From Alphaproteobacteria bacterium (lineage in GTDB: Bacteria > Pseudomonadota > Alphaproteobacteria > GCA-2731375), in NCBI GenBank assembly GCA_965225945.1, contig CBDDBZ010000028.1, positions 64,001-128,000 on the forward strand: DNA of 64,000 bases. The letters run 5' to 3'. Shown here piece by piece: positions 8,435 to 21,518 of this stretch; positions within the stretch are counted from its first letter, which is position 1, and each line of letters begins with the position of its first letter. A program made the translations under genes and the position numbers. Below the pieces are notes generated by a model. That model searched no databases. It saw only the letters and a program-made list of their open reading frames with translations, and had not been told where the DNA came from.

Positions 8435-11335
8435 ATGCTCGCCACGGAGCGCGCAATGGTGGACGGCGACCTCGCCCGTCGCCTCGCCCGGGAGATCGAG
8501 GGCGAGGTGCACTTCGACGCCTTCGCCCGAGGCCGCTATGCCACCGACGCCTCGATCTACCAGATCGATCCCGTGGGTGTCGTCGTGCCCGCGCACGACC
8601 GCGACGTCGAGGTAGCGATGGCGCTGGCGCGCGAGGCCGGCGTCGCCATCCTGCCGCGCGGCGGCGGCACCTCGCAATGCGGCCAGACGGTGAACCGGGC
8701 CCTGGTGGTCGACCATTCCAAATACATGACCGAGTTGCTGTCGCTCGACGCCGAGGCGCGCACTGCCACCGTCCAGCCGGGGATCGTGCTCGACCAGTTG
8801 AACGACGCCTTGCGATCCCATGGCCTGTTCTTTCCCGTCGACGTCTCGACTTCCAGCCGGGCCACCATCGGCGGCATGACGGGCAACAACTCCAGCGGCG
8901 CCCGCTCCCTCCGTTACGGCAACATGGTCCATAACGTGCGCGCCATCGAGGCGATCCTGGCGTCGGGCGAGCGCTGTCGGTTCGGCCCCGTGCCGGGCGA
9001 TCTGGCCGCCCTCGACAACCGACCGGAATATCGCGATCTGGTCCAAGGTTTGCGCCAAATCGCGGCCGGCGTCGGGGACGAGATGGCGGCCCGCTGGCCC
9101 AAGCTGCTGCGCCGGGTCGGTGGCTACAACATCGACACGCTGAGCCAGGACGGCCACAACATGGCCCACCTGCTGGTGGGTTCGGAAGGCACGCTGGCCT
9201 TCTCCACAGCAATCGAATTGGCGCTGGCGCCGATCCCGCCCCACAAGACCCTGGGAGTCTGCCATTTTGCCAACTTCGGCCAGGCGATGGACGCCACCCG
9301 CCATATCGTCGAGCTGGGCCCGTCGGCGGTCGAACTGGTGGACCACACGATGATCGATCTCGCCCGCGACATCCCCGCCTTCCGCGCCACCGTCGACGGC
9401 TTCGTCCGGGGCGAGCCGGACTCGATCCTGCTGGTGGAGTTCGCCGGCGAGGACGCGGAGAGGCAGCATCGCGACCTCGCCCGGCTGGACGAGCTGATGG
9501 GCGATCTCGGCTTCCCGGGCGCCATGGTGGGGATCACCGATCCGGCCTTTCAAGCCGAGGTCTGGGAGGTGCGCAAGGCCGGCCTCAATATCATGATGTC
9601 AATGAAGGGGGACGGTAAGCCGGTCTCCTTCATCGAGGACTGCGCCGTGCCGCTGGAGGACCTGGCCGAATACACCGACCGGCTGACCCGGATCTTCGAG
9701 AAGCACGGCACCAAGGGTACCTGGTACGCCCATGCCTCGGTCGGCTGCCTGCACGTCCGCCCGGTGCTCAACATGAAGGATCCGGCCGACGTCAGCAAAA
9801 TGCGCGCGGTGGCGGAGGAGGCCTTCGCCATGGTGCGCGAGTACAAGGGCTCGCACTCGGGCGAACACGGCGACGGCATCACCCGCTCGGAATTTCACTT
9901 GGCGATGTTCGGCGCCGATATCGTCGGCGCCTTCGAGGCTGTGAAGGACCGCTTCGATTCGCACGGGCTGATGAACCCGGGCCGGATCACCCGCGCGCCC
10001 CGGATGGACGACCGATCGCTGTTCCGCTACCACCCGGGCTACCGGGCCGATGGAATCGCGGCCGCGCTCGACTGGTCCGCCTGGGGCGGCTTCGCCGGCG
10101 CGGTGGAGATGTGCAACAACAACGGCGCCTGCCGCAAGCTCGACCTGGGCGGCGTCATGTGCCCCTCTTATAGGGTGACGCGGAACGAGCGGGACCTGAC
10201 CCGGGGCCGCGCCAACACGCTGCGCCTGGCGATTTCCGGCCAGCTCGGGCCCGACGCGCTTCGCTCCGACGAGATGGCGGAGACCATGGCGCTCTGCGTC
10301 GGCTGCAAGGCCTGCAAGCGGGAATGCCCGACCGGCGTCGACATGGCGCGGATGAAGATCGAATACCTGCACCAGCGCCAGCGGCGCCATTCGCTCCGCC
10401 CCCGCGATCGACTGGTGGCGGCGCTGCCGCGCCATGCGCCGCTCATGGCCCGCTTGGCGCCGCTGCTCAATCTCCGCAACCGGATCCCGGCACTGGCGCG
10501 GTTGGGCGAACGGCTGCTCGGCCTCTCGGCCCGGCGCAGCCTGCCTCTCTGGCGGCGCGATTTCTTCCGAGACGAGGGTCGGGCGAGGCCGGAGACGACC
10601 GACGTCCTGCTCCTCGTCGATACCTTCAACCGTTATTTCGCGCCGGAGATCGTCCATGGGGCGCGCCGGGTGCTGGCCCAGGGCGGCCGGCGGGTCGGCA
10701 TTGCACGGGCGCCGGAGGGCGGCCGGCCGCTTTGTTGCGGGCGCACTCTTCTCGCGACCGGCCTGGTGGAGCAAGCCCGCGAGGAAGCCCGGCGCATGGT
10801 CGGAGCACTCCACCCCTTCGCCGAGGCGGGCGTCGCCATCGTCGGCTTGGAGCCGTCCTGCCTGCTGAGCTTGCGCGACGAATACGCCGTGCTGCTGACG
10901 GGCCCGGAGACCGAGGCGGTGGCCGGCCAGGCCCTGCTGTTCGAGGAATACCTCGCGCGCGCGGCGAAACGCGGCGAGGCTCCCGGGCTCCGGCCGATCG
11001 CGGCCAAGCACGCCCTGCTGCATGGCCACTGCCATCAGAAGGCCTTTGGCGCGTTTGCGGCGGTGCAAGCGGCCCTGCGCCTGGTGCCGGAGCTGGAGGT
11101 CGAAGTCGTGGCGTCGAGTTGCTGCGGCATGGCCGGCGCCTTCGGCTATGAAGCGGAGCACTACGAGATCTCCCTGGCCATGGGCGAATTGAGCCTCTTG
11201 CCCAAGGTCCGCGCGGCCGCGCCGGACAGCCTGATCGTCGCCTCGGGCACGAGCTGCCGCCATCAGATCCTGGACGGCACCGGTCGCGAGGCGCTGCACG
11301 TCGCTACCGTGCTCGAGCGCGCGCTGGTGGATTAG
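8435..11335 (+). CDS. FAD-linked oxidase fused to Fe-S/CCG domains (GlcD/GlcF-, YdiJ-like)
   Basis: PRGGGTSQCGQ, GSEGTL, HSGEHGDG, CNNNGAC, CVGCKACKRECP, HGHCHQ, CCGMAGAFG. Confidence 0.92.
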   Translation: MLATERAMVDGDLARRLAREIEGEVHFDAFARGRYATDASIYQIDPVGVVVPAHDRDVEVAMALAREAGVAILPRGGGTSQCGQTVNRALVVDHSKYMTELLSLDAEARTATVQPGIVLDQLNDALRSHGLFFPVDVSTSSRATIGGMTGNNSSGARSLRYGNMVHNVRAIEAILASGERCRFGPVPGDLAALDNRPEYRDLVQGLRQIAAGVGDEMAARWPKLLRRVGGYNIDTLSQDGHNMAHLLVGSEGTLAFSTAIELALAPIPPHKTLGVCHFANFGQAMDATRHIVELGPSAVELVDHTMIDLARDIPAFRATVDGFVRGEPDSILLVEFAGEDAERQHRDLARLDELMGDLGFPGAMVGITDPAFQAEVWEVRKAGLNIMMSMKGDGKPVSFIEDCAVPLEDLAEYTDRLTRIFEKHGTKGTWYAHASVGCLHVRPVLNMKDPADVSKMRAVAEEAFAMVREYKGSHSGEHGDGITRSEFHLAMFGADIVGAFEAVKDRFDSHGLMNPGRITRAPRMDDRSLFRYHPGYRADGIAAALDWSAWGGFAGAVEMCNNNGACRKLDLGGVMCPSYRVTRNERDLTRGRANTLRLAISGQLGPDALRSDEMAETMALCVGCKACKRECPTGVDMARMKIEYLHQRQRRHSLRPRDRLVAALPRHAPLMARLAPLLNLRNRIPALARLGERLLGLSARRSLPLWRRDFFRDEGRARPETTDVLLLVDTFNRYFAPEIVHGARRVLAQGGRRVGIARAPEGGRPLCCGRTLLATGLVEQAREEARRMVGALHPFAEAGVAIVGLEPSCLLSLRDEYAVLLTGPETEAVAGQALLFEEYLARAAKRGEAPGLRPIAAKHALLHGHCHQKAFGAFAAVQAALRLVPELEVEVVASSCCGMAGAFGYEAEHYEISLAMGELSLLPKVRAAAPDSLIVASGTSCRHQILDGTGREALHVATVLERALVD

Positions 11336-11351
11336 AGGGGCGGGTCGAGAG

Positions 11352-12572
11352 ATGGGGCCGAGCGACGGGCCGGATATCGAGAGCTTCGACCTGCTCGATC
11401 CACCGGCCGATTTCATCGCCGATCCCTATACCTATTTCGCCGTGCTGCGGGAGCGGAGCCCGGTGCACCGGCTCTCCGACGCCAGCTTCATGGTGACCCG
11501 CTGGGACGACATGGCCAGGGTCTACCGGGACACCGAGGTCTGGAGCTCGGACAAGAAAATCGACTTCAAGCCGAAATTTGGCAATTCCCCCCTCTACGAA
11601 CACCACACCACCAGTCTGGTGTTCCGCGATCCGCCCGATCACACGCGGATCCGCAAGCTCTTCCAGGCGGCCTTCACCCGAAGAGCGCTCGCCGCGCTGG
11701 AGCCCCGCATCCACGCCCTCGTCGAGGGCTATCTGGACCGGCTGGCGGACGCGGGCGAGCTGGAAATGGTGGGCGCCTTCACCTTCAAGCTGCCGGTCGA
11801 GGTGATCTGCGACATGCTGGGCGTGCCGAGCGAGGATCGCCTGCTGATCCGCGATTGGGCGAGTGCGATCCTGGGCGCGCTGGAGCCGGTGACGGGGGCG
11901 GAAAGACGCGAGAGCGGCAACCGGGCGGTCGAGGATTTCAAGGCCTATCTCCGCGAGCTGGTGCGCCGGCGCCGGGCCAAGCTCACCGACGGCCGCTCGG
12001 GCGAGGTGTTGAGCGCGCTTATCGAGGCGGAGGAGGACGGCGAGCGGCTGAGCGAGCTCGAGCTGCTGCACCAGTGCATCTTTCTCCTCAACGCCGGGCA
12101 CGAGACCTCGACCAACATGCTCAGCCATGGCGTCCACGAAATGCTGCGCCGCCCGGGAGAGATCGCCCGCCTCAAAGCCGAGCCGGCGCTGATCCACTCC
12201 CTCGTCGAGGAGGTGCTGCGCTATCAGCCGCCGATCCAGATCAACAACCGGCGGGCCACCGTCGCGACCGAACTCTCGGGCATGGCGCTGCCGGCCGGCA
12301 CTATCATCCATCTGATGCTGGGCGGCGCCAACCGCGATCCGGCGCAATTTCCGGCGCCCGACGGTTTCGACATCGCGCGCCGGCCGAACCGCCATCTCTC
12401 CTTCGGCCTGGGCGTCCACGTCTGCGCCGGCAACGCGTTGGCGCGGATGGAGGGCGTGATCGCCTTCTCCAAGCTCTTCCAGAGGTTTCCGAACGCCCAT
12501 CTCGCCGGCGACGTGACGCTTTCGCCCCGGCTCCGCTTCCGCCAGATCACCCGCCTGCCGGTGGCGATCTGA
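11352..12572 (+). CDS. Cytochrome P450
   Basis: [10 protein letters not shown]-helix AGHETST, EEVLR (ExxR), heme motif [10 protein letters not shown]. Confidence 0.96.
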   Translation: MGPSDGPDIESFDLLDPPADFIADPYTYFAVLRERSPVHRLSDASFMVTRWDDMARVYRDTEVWSSDKKIDFKPKFGNSPLYEHHTTSLVFRDPPDHTRIRKLFQAAFTRRALAALEPRIHALVEGYLDRLADAGELEMVGAFTFKLPVEVICDMLGVPSEDRLLIRDWASAILGALEPVTGAERRESGNRAVEDFKAYLRELVRRRRAKLTDGRSGEVLSALIEAEEDGERLSELELLHQCIFLLNAGHETSTNMLSHGVHEMLRRPGEIARLKAEPALIHSLVEEVLRYQPPIQINNRRATVATELSGMALPAGTIIHLMLGGANRDPAQFPAPDGFDIARRPNRHLSFGLGVHVCAGNALARMEGVIAFSKLFQRFPNAHLAGDVTLSPRLRFRQITRLPVAI

Positions 12573-12595
12573 GCGCCGCCCACGTCTTCGCCTCC

Positions 12596-12653
12596 TGGAT
12601 AAAGGGACACAATACTTATCCTTGAGAGGATAAGTATTGTGTCCCTTTATCCA
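12596..12653. repeat. 27-bp perfect inverted repeat with 4-nt loop (REP-like palindrome)
   Basis: TGGATAAAGGGACACAATACTTATCCT-tgag-AGGATAAGTATTGTGTCCCTTTATCCA. Confidence 0.9.
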
Positions 12654-12682
12654 TCTATTCTTTATCCATCTATTCTTTATCC
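12645..12682. repeat. Short direct repeats of CTTTATCC(ATCTATT); the array resumes at 15157-15220
   Basis: Period of about 15 bp; further copies at 13456-13512, 13624-13652 and 15157-15220. Confidence 0.85.
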
Positions 12683-12853
12683 CTTGCCTATCCGGTTATC
12701 ACCCACACCCACTATATGTAGTGTGTCTCCTTGGACTGCAGGCAAGGGCCGGCGCAGGCGCATTGAGGAGGCGATCCGGCTAATTCTTGATTGTTCTGAA
12801 AACCGAACCGGAGTTTAATTCACGTCACGTACTTAACATCGGGGGACGGAACG

Positions 12854-13162
12854 GTGGCGACCAAGGGAAAAACGAAGAAACCCACGGCCAGACGGGAAGC
12901 TGCTGATGAAACGACATCGTCTGAGCGATTGACGGCACTAGTCGAAGAAAGCGACGCGCTGGCACGAATCGTTGCGAAGAACCCGTCCGCGCCTGTTAGT
13001 CTCCTGCGCGTTTTGAGTCGCAGCGAAGACGAAGCGACACGCAAGAACGTGATCCTCAATCCGTTTACTTCATATGACGTATTGAGCGAACTTGAAAACC
13101 AGTTCACAGAGCTATTTGTGAATAATCCGGCACTCGAATCCTACAATTCAATGAAGCTCTGA
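12854..13162 (+). CDS. Leucine-rich repeat variant (LRV)-like small protein, passenger of the IS1595 cassette
   Basis: VAKNPSAP..LL, RKNVILNPFT...L and FVNNPAL pattern typical of LRV repeats; GGGGGACGGA RBS; lower GC than the host. Confidence 0.65.
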   Translation: MATKGKTKKPTARREAADETTSSERLTALVEESDALARIVAKNPSAPVSLLRVLSRSEDEATRKNVILNPFTSYDVLSELENQFTELFVNNPALESYNSMKL

Positions 13163-13824
13163 TTTCCTGGAATATTCCATCGGTGTCGTTCACCTCCGAT
13201 TTCAGATAAATTTCAATGAAGTGACGGTCCTTTATGCAACGTGGCGTTTTGCCAAATCCGACTCAATGATTAGGATTTCCACCACGCTAAAGTGTCGCCT
13301 AAAAGGCGCTACAATGCCGTCCGAGTCCCTGCTCGGCATCGCCGGAGATATCTCCGCTTCGACCTGCACCGAGCTTTACTCAGGAAAATCCGGTGCACAC
13401 TACATATAGCCTGCGCCGTGTGGGACGATGATCCTCAACCGGATAGGCAGTTCACCTTTATCCATCTATTCAATGAAGCCTTTATCCATCTATTCCCTTT
13501 ATCCATCTATTCTTGACGGTCCTTTATGCAATCGTTTTGCCAAATCCTATGCATTAGGTTCCAGAGTGCCTGCTAACGTCATGCAGGTACTCAGGAAAAT
13601 TCTTTATGGATCGGATAACCATTCTTTATCCATCTATTCTTTGGCTTTATCCCTTGCCTATCCGGTTATCACCCACACCCACTATATGTAGTGTGTCTCC
13701 TTGGACTGCAGGCAAGGGCCGGCGCAGGCGCATTGAGGAGGCGATCCGGCTAATTCTTGATTGTTCTGAAAACCGAACCGGAGTTTAATTCACGTCACGT
13801 ACTTAACATCGGGGGACGGAACGG

Positions 13825-14190
13825 TGCGGCAGGACCCAACGGGCTGAGCGAAGTACGCCGCTGTCGGGCTTGCACCACAAGGAACGCTGGCTGTCGTTCG
13901 GGGCATCGCTGAGCGATTGGGGGAGACTAGTCGAAGAAAGCGACGCAGGGCTGGCACGATCGTTGCGTGAGCACGGCGTTCCGCTGGCTGTTACCGGTCT
14001 GGCGGCGGCGCGGAGCGATTCGGAGGTGCGCAGCGGGATCGTGGAAGCGACACGCAAGACCTACGTCCTGGAGAGCCTCAATCGCGTTTACTGGGGCGCA
14101 TATGCACGGTATTGGGCGGAACTTGAAGAAGCCAGTCTCACAGAGCTATTTGTGAATAATGGCGGCACTCGAATCCTACGAATTCAATGA
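13825..14190 (+). pseudogene. Mosaic of IS1595 transposase sequence and the LRV ORF (probable consensus chimera)
   Basis: HHKERWLSFGASL, LAAARSDSEV and TYVLES match the 25255-25771 transposase; LVEESDA and TELFVNN match the LRV ORF. Confidence 0.6.
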
Positions 14191-14609
14191 AGCGGTCTGC
14201 CCATTTCCTGCGAATATTCTCATCGGTGTCGTTCGACTCCGGTGGTCAGATAGGACGCCCTTTCAATGAAGTGACGGTCGCGAGCTATGCAACGTGCGCC
14301 GCCGCGCTCGGGGTTGCCAAATCCGACTCAATGATTAGGATTTCCACCACTGCTAAAGTGTCGCGGTAAAAGGCGCTACAATGCCGTCCGAAGTCCCTGC
14401 TCGGCATCGCCGCGAGATCGCCATCTCCGCTTCTGGACCTGCACCGAGCTTTACCTCAGGAAAATCGGGTGCCCACACTACATATAGTGGGTGTCGCCGG
14501 TGATAACCGGATAGGCAAGCTTTATCCATGAGCCGTTTTCGGCCGTTCGTCTCGACACAAAAAACGCACTAAATCAATGACTTAGATTTTCCATACCAGA
14601 CCCACACCC

Positions 14610-14881
14610 GACGGGAAGCTGCTGATGAAACGACATCGTCTGAGCGATTGACGGCACTAGTCGAAGAAAGCGACGCGCTGGCACGAATCGTTGCGAAGAA
14701 CCCGTCCGCGCCTGTTAGTCTCCTGCGCGTTTTGAGTCGCAGCGAAGACGAAGCGACACGCAAGAACGTGATCCTCAATCCGTTTACTTCATATGGCGTA
14801 TTGAGCGAACTTGAAAACCAGTTCACAGAGCTATTTGTGAATAATCCGGCACTCGAATCCTACAATTCAATGAAGCTCTGA
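14610..14881 (+). pseudogene. 5'-truncated second copy of the LRV ORF
   Basis: Matches 12891-13162 at offset 1719, with a YDV to YGV change; start missing. Confidence 0.75.
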
Positions 14882-15247
14882 TTTCCTGGAATATTCCATC
14901 GGTGTCGTTCACCTCCGATTTCAGATAAATTTCAATGAAGTGACGGTCCTTTATGCAACGTGGCGTTTTGCCAAATCCGACTCAATGATTAGGATTTCCA
15001 CCACGCTAAAGTGTCGCCTAAAAGGCGCTACAATGCCGTCCGAGTCCCTGCTCGGCATCGCCGGAGATATCTCCGCTTCGACCTGCACCGAGCTTTACTC
15101 AGGAAAATGGGTGCACACTACATATAGTGGGTGTGGGTGATAACCGGATAGGCAAGCTTTATCCATCTATTCCCTTTATCCATCTTTATTGTGTCCCTTT
15201 ATCCTATCTTTATCCATTCCCTTTGCCCAGCCGCGCGGGGCGAGCCG

Positions 15248-17478
<2,231 letters not shown>

Positions 17479-17509
17479 GGCGCTAGCCGTCGGCTCTGGA
17501 CGTGAGCAG

Positions 17510-19009
<1,500 letters not shown>

Positions 19010-19222
19010 TGCCCCTCGCCGTTAAATTCCGTCGGCCGCGCCGCCTTCGCGCAGGTCAAGAAAACACGGATTCCGGGGCCTCGCAAGCCACACGGGCCGA
19101 GGAGATGCGGCATTCCATCGAGGCATTCCATCGAGGCTTGCCCGAAGTCGGCTTCCTGCTAGGATGCGCCGCGCCGAGCGTGCCATCACACGCCCGAAAC
19201 TTGGCCGCCGCCCGTGCCCTCG

Positions 19223-20011
19223 ATGTTCCGCCGTCTCGCCTCGCCCGAACGTCTCGCCGTTTCCAGCCTGCTCATCGGCCTGGTCGGCGTGCCGGTGATC
19301 ATGGCGACGCGTTTCATCTTCGCCGCGAACTATCCCGAATATATCTCTCGACGCGTGCCGACGATCTCGAAGTTCAGCGCCTACGAGCCCGCGAGCTATC
19401 TGTTCACGCCGGGCATGACCTTCGTCGCGCTGTGCGGCATCGTCGCCTGGTGGCTGGTCTGGCGGATGAGTGGGGAGCGGATTGCCACGCTGGACCCGGC
19501 GCATCCCTCGCGCGTGCGCTACCTGCGAATGAACCACGCGGCCGCGGCCTTCGGTGTCCTTGCCTGCCTCAATCTGGCGCTGCTGGCGATCGTGACGCTC
19601 CGCGTCAATAACGACGCGCATATGGTCTTCTCGATCATCTTCTTCCCCAGCCAGGTCATCGCCTTCGTCTTTGACGGTCTATTGGCGGTCTCGCTGGCGC
19701 GGCTGATCTGGGTGAGTGATGCGGGCAGGCGTCGGCCCATCGCTATCAAGCCGGTCCTTGCCGCGATCATCGTCGTCGGCGCGGCTTTCTATCTTTTCAT
19801 GTTTCTGAACAAGGGCACCGACATCTTCGGCGACCGCCGCTTGCGTCAGTATTTTTACGTCTATACCGAGTACGCCCTGGCAACGATGCTATTGACCTAT
19901 CCGGCCTTCTATTATGGCCAACTGCGGCGCCACTTCGGTGCCAAGCCGGCGCCGGCCGCTAGCCCTTCTGGCGATGCAGCAGGCGGAGGCGGAGTGCGTT
20001 CAGGCGGATGA
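19223..20011 (+). CDS. Frag1/DRAM/Sfk1-like six-TM membrane protein
   Basis: PTIS.....EP...F motif after TM1, conserved His (NNDAH) and C-terminal EY; about 6 hydrophobic segments. Confidence 0.6.
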   Translation: MFRRLASPERLAVSSLLIGLVGVPVIMATRFIFAANYPEYISRRVPTISKFSAYEPASYLFTPGMTFVALCGIVAWWLVWRMSGERIATLDPAHPSRVRYLRMNHAAAAFGVLACLNLALLAIVTLRVNNDAHMVFSIIFFPSQVIAFVFDGLLAVSLARLIWVSDAGRRRPIAIKPVLAAIIVVGAAFYLFMFLNKGTDIFGDRRLRQYFYVYTEYALATMLLTYPAFYYGQLRRHFGAKPAPAASPSGDAAGGGGVRSGG

Positions 20012-21167
20012 AGCCCTGGGCGTCGCGCTGGTCGTAGACGCTGTCCGCCTCGAAGGTGACGTGCTCCAGGCTGTAGAGGCTCTTGGGCGAGGAACGCCCG
20101 ACCACGGCGACGGAGCCCTTGTAAAGCTTGAGCCGAACCCGGCCGGTGACGTGTTCCTGGCTCAGGTCGATCGCCGCCTGAAGCATATTCCGCTCCGGCG
20201 AGAACCAAAAACCGTTGTAGATCAGCTCCGCGTAGCGCGGCATCAATTCGTCCTTCAGGTGCATGGCGCCCCGGTCGAGGGTGATGCTCTCGATCCCCCG
20301 ATGCGCGGCGAGCAACACCGTGCCGCCCGGGGTCTCGTAGATGCCGCGCGACTTCATGCCGACGAACCGTCCCTCCACCAGGTCCAGCCGGCCGACCGCG
20401 TTGGCCGCGGCGATCTCGTTGAGCCGCGTCAACAGCGCCGCCGGCGACAACGCCTCGCCGTCGAGGGCTACGGGATCGCCGGAAACGAAGTCGATCTCGA
20501 CGTAGGTCGGCTCGTCCGGCGCATCCTCCGGGCGGACGGTGCGGGAATAGACGAACTCTCCCGCCTCCTCCCAGGGGTCCTCCAATGCCTTCCCCTCGGC
20601 CGAGATGTGCAGCAGGTTGGCATCGAGCGAGAACGGCGCCTCGCCGCGCTTATCCGTGGCGATCGGAATCTGGTTTTGTTCGGCGAACTCGATCAGCCGG
20701 GCGCGGCCGGTCAGGTCCCATTCCCGCCACGGCGCGATCACCTGGATGTCGGGATTGAGCGCGTAGTAGGACAATTCGAAGCGCACCTGGTCGTTACCCT
20801 TGCCGGTGGCGCCATGGGCCACGGCGTCGGCGCCGACGGCGGCGGCGATCTCGATCTGCCGCTTGGCGATCAGCGGCCGGGCGATCGAGGTGCCGAGCAG
20901 ATAGCAGCCCTCGTAGAGGGCATTGGCGCGAAACATGGGGAAGACGAAGTCGCGGACGAACTCCTCCCTGAGATCCTCGACGAAGATCTCGCCCACGCCC
21001 AGCATCTCGGCCTTGGCGCGGGCCGGCTCCAACTCCTCGCCCTGCCCCAGATCGGCGGTGAAGGTCACCACCTCCGCGCCATAGGCGGTCTGTAGCCACT
21101 TCAGGATTACCGAGGTGTCCAGCCCGCCCGAATAGGCGAGCACGACCTTCTTGATTTCGCTGCCCAT
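19959..21167 (-). CDS. argG: Argininosuccinate synthase
   Basis: [41 protein letters not shown]. Confidence 0.98.
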   Translation of the reverse strand: MGSEIKKVVLAYSGGLDTSVILKWLQTAYGAEVVTFTADLGQGEELEPARAKAEMLGVGEIFVEDLREEFVRDFVFPMFRANALYEGCYLLGTSIARPLIAKRQIEIAAAVGADAVAHGATGKGNDQVRFELSYYALNPDIQVIAPWREWDLTGRARLIEFAEQNQIPIATDKRGEAPFSLDANLLHISAEGKALEDPWEEAGEFVYSRTVRPEDAPDEPTYVEIDFVSGDPVALDGEALSPAALLTRLNEIAAANAVGRLDLVEGRFVGMKSRGIYETPGGTVLLAAHRGIESITLDRGAMHLKDELMPRYAELIYNGFWFSPERNMLQAAIDLSQEHVTGRVRLKLYKGSVAVVGRSSPKSLYSLEHVTFEADSVYDQRDAQGFIRLNALRLRLLHRQKG

Positions 21168-21332
21168 CGTTTGCGCCCTCGTCTGCTGGCGATCGGGATT
21201 CGTCTCCCTGGCGGCGGCGCAGTATAGGGATCGCGATCCCTCGGGCAAGAGTGCGACCCATTCGGTTCCCCTCGCCGCTCGATGGTGGCAAGCTCCGCCC
21301 AGCAGAGGCCTGGGTCGAGTCACTCGAGCGGC

Positions 21333-21506
21333 ATGGAAGAGACGCGATTCTTCGACGAGATGGGGACGGCGGGTGGGCCCACGCGCGCGTCCTATGTCGA
21401 GTTCGCGGCTTGGCTCGAAGGGCAGAGCCCGCGCGAACTCAGGCGCAAGCAGCGTCAGGCCGACACCATCTTCCGCCGCCTCGGCATCACCTTCGCGGTC
21501 TACGGC
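21333..21506 (+). pseudogene. N-terminal remnant of a circularly permuted type-2 ATP-grasp protein (DUF404-like)
   Basis: FDEM......R..Y...[15 protein letters not shown]; similarity stops where the convergent CoA-transferase gene ends. Confidence 0.7.
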
Positions 21507-21518
21507 GCGCCGCCGCCC

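Larger units (their letters stand above)
12683..15156. mobile_element. Non-autonomous IS1595-family cassette (MITE/MIC-like), unit about 755 bp, three imperfect tandem copies
   Basis: 43-bp perfect TIRs at 12683-12725 and 15114-15156 beginning CTTGCCTATC (fits the ISSod11-group nnnGcnTATC end); CTTTATCC duplicated at 12675-12682 and 15157-15164; copies at 12683-~13450, 13653-14519 and 14610-15156. Confidence 0.8.

Noticed and set aside
7766-9553. Long N-terminal extensions of the 787-aa and 1189-aa ORFs
   Set aside because: Shadow read-through of the divergent gene; the real starts are 8350 (-) and 8435 (+).
13870-14190. Novel 106-aa fusion protein
   Set aside because: Composed of alternating pieces of two other ORFs in the window; more likely a chimera than a gene.
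12645-15220. CRISPR or integron cassette array
   Set aside because: Repeats are tandem or TIR-type with a TSD; no attC structure, integrase or regular spacers.
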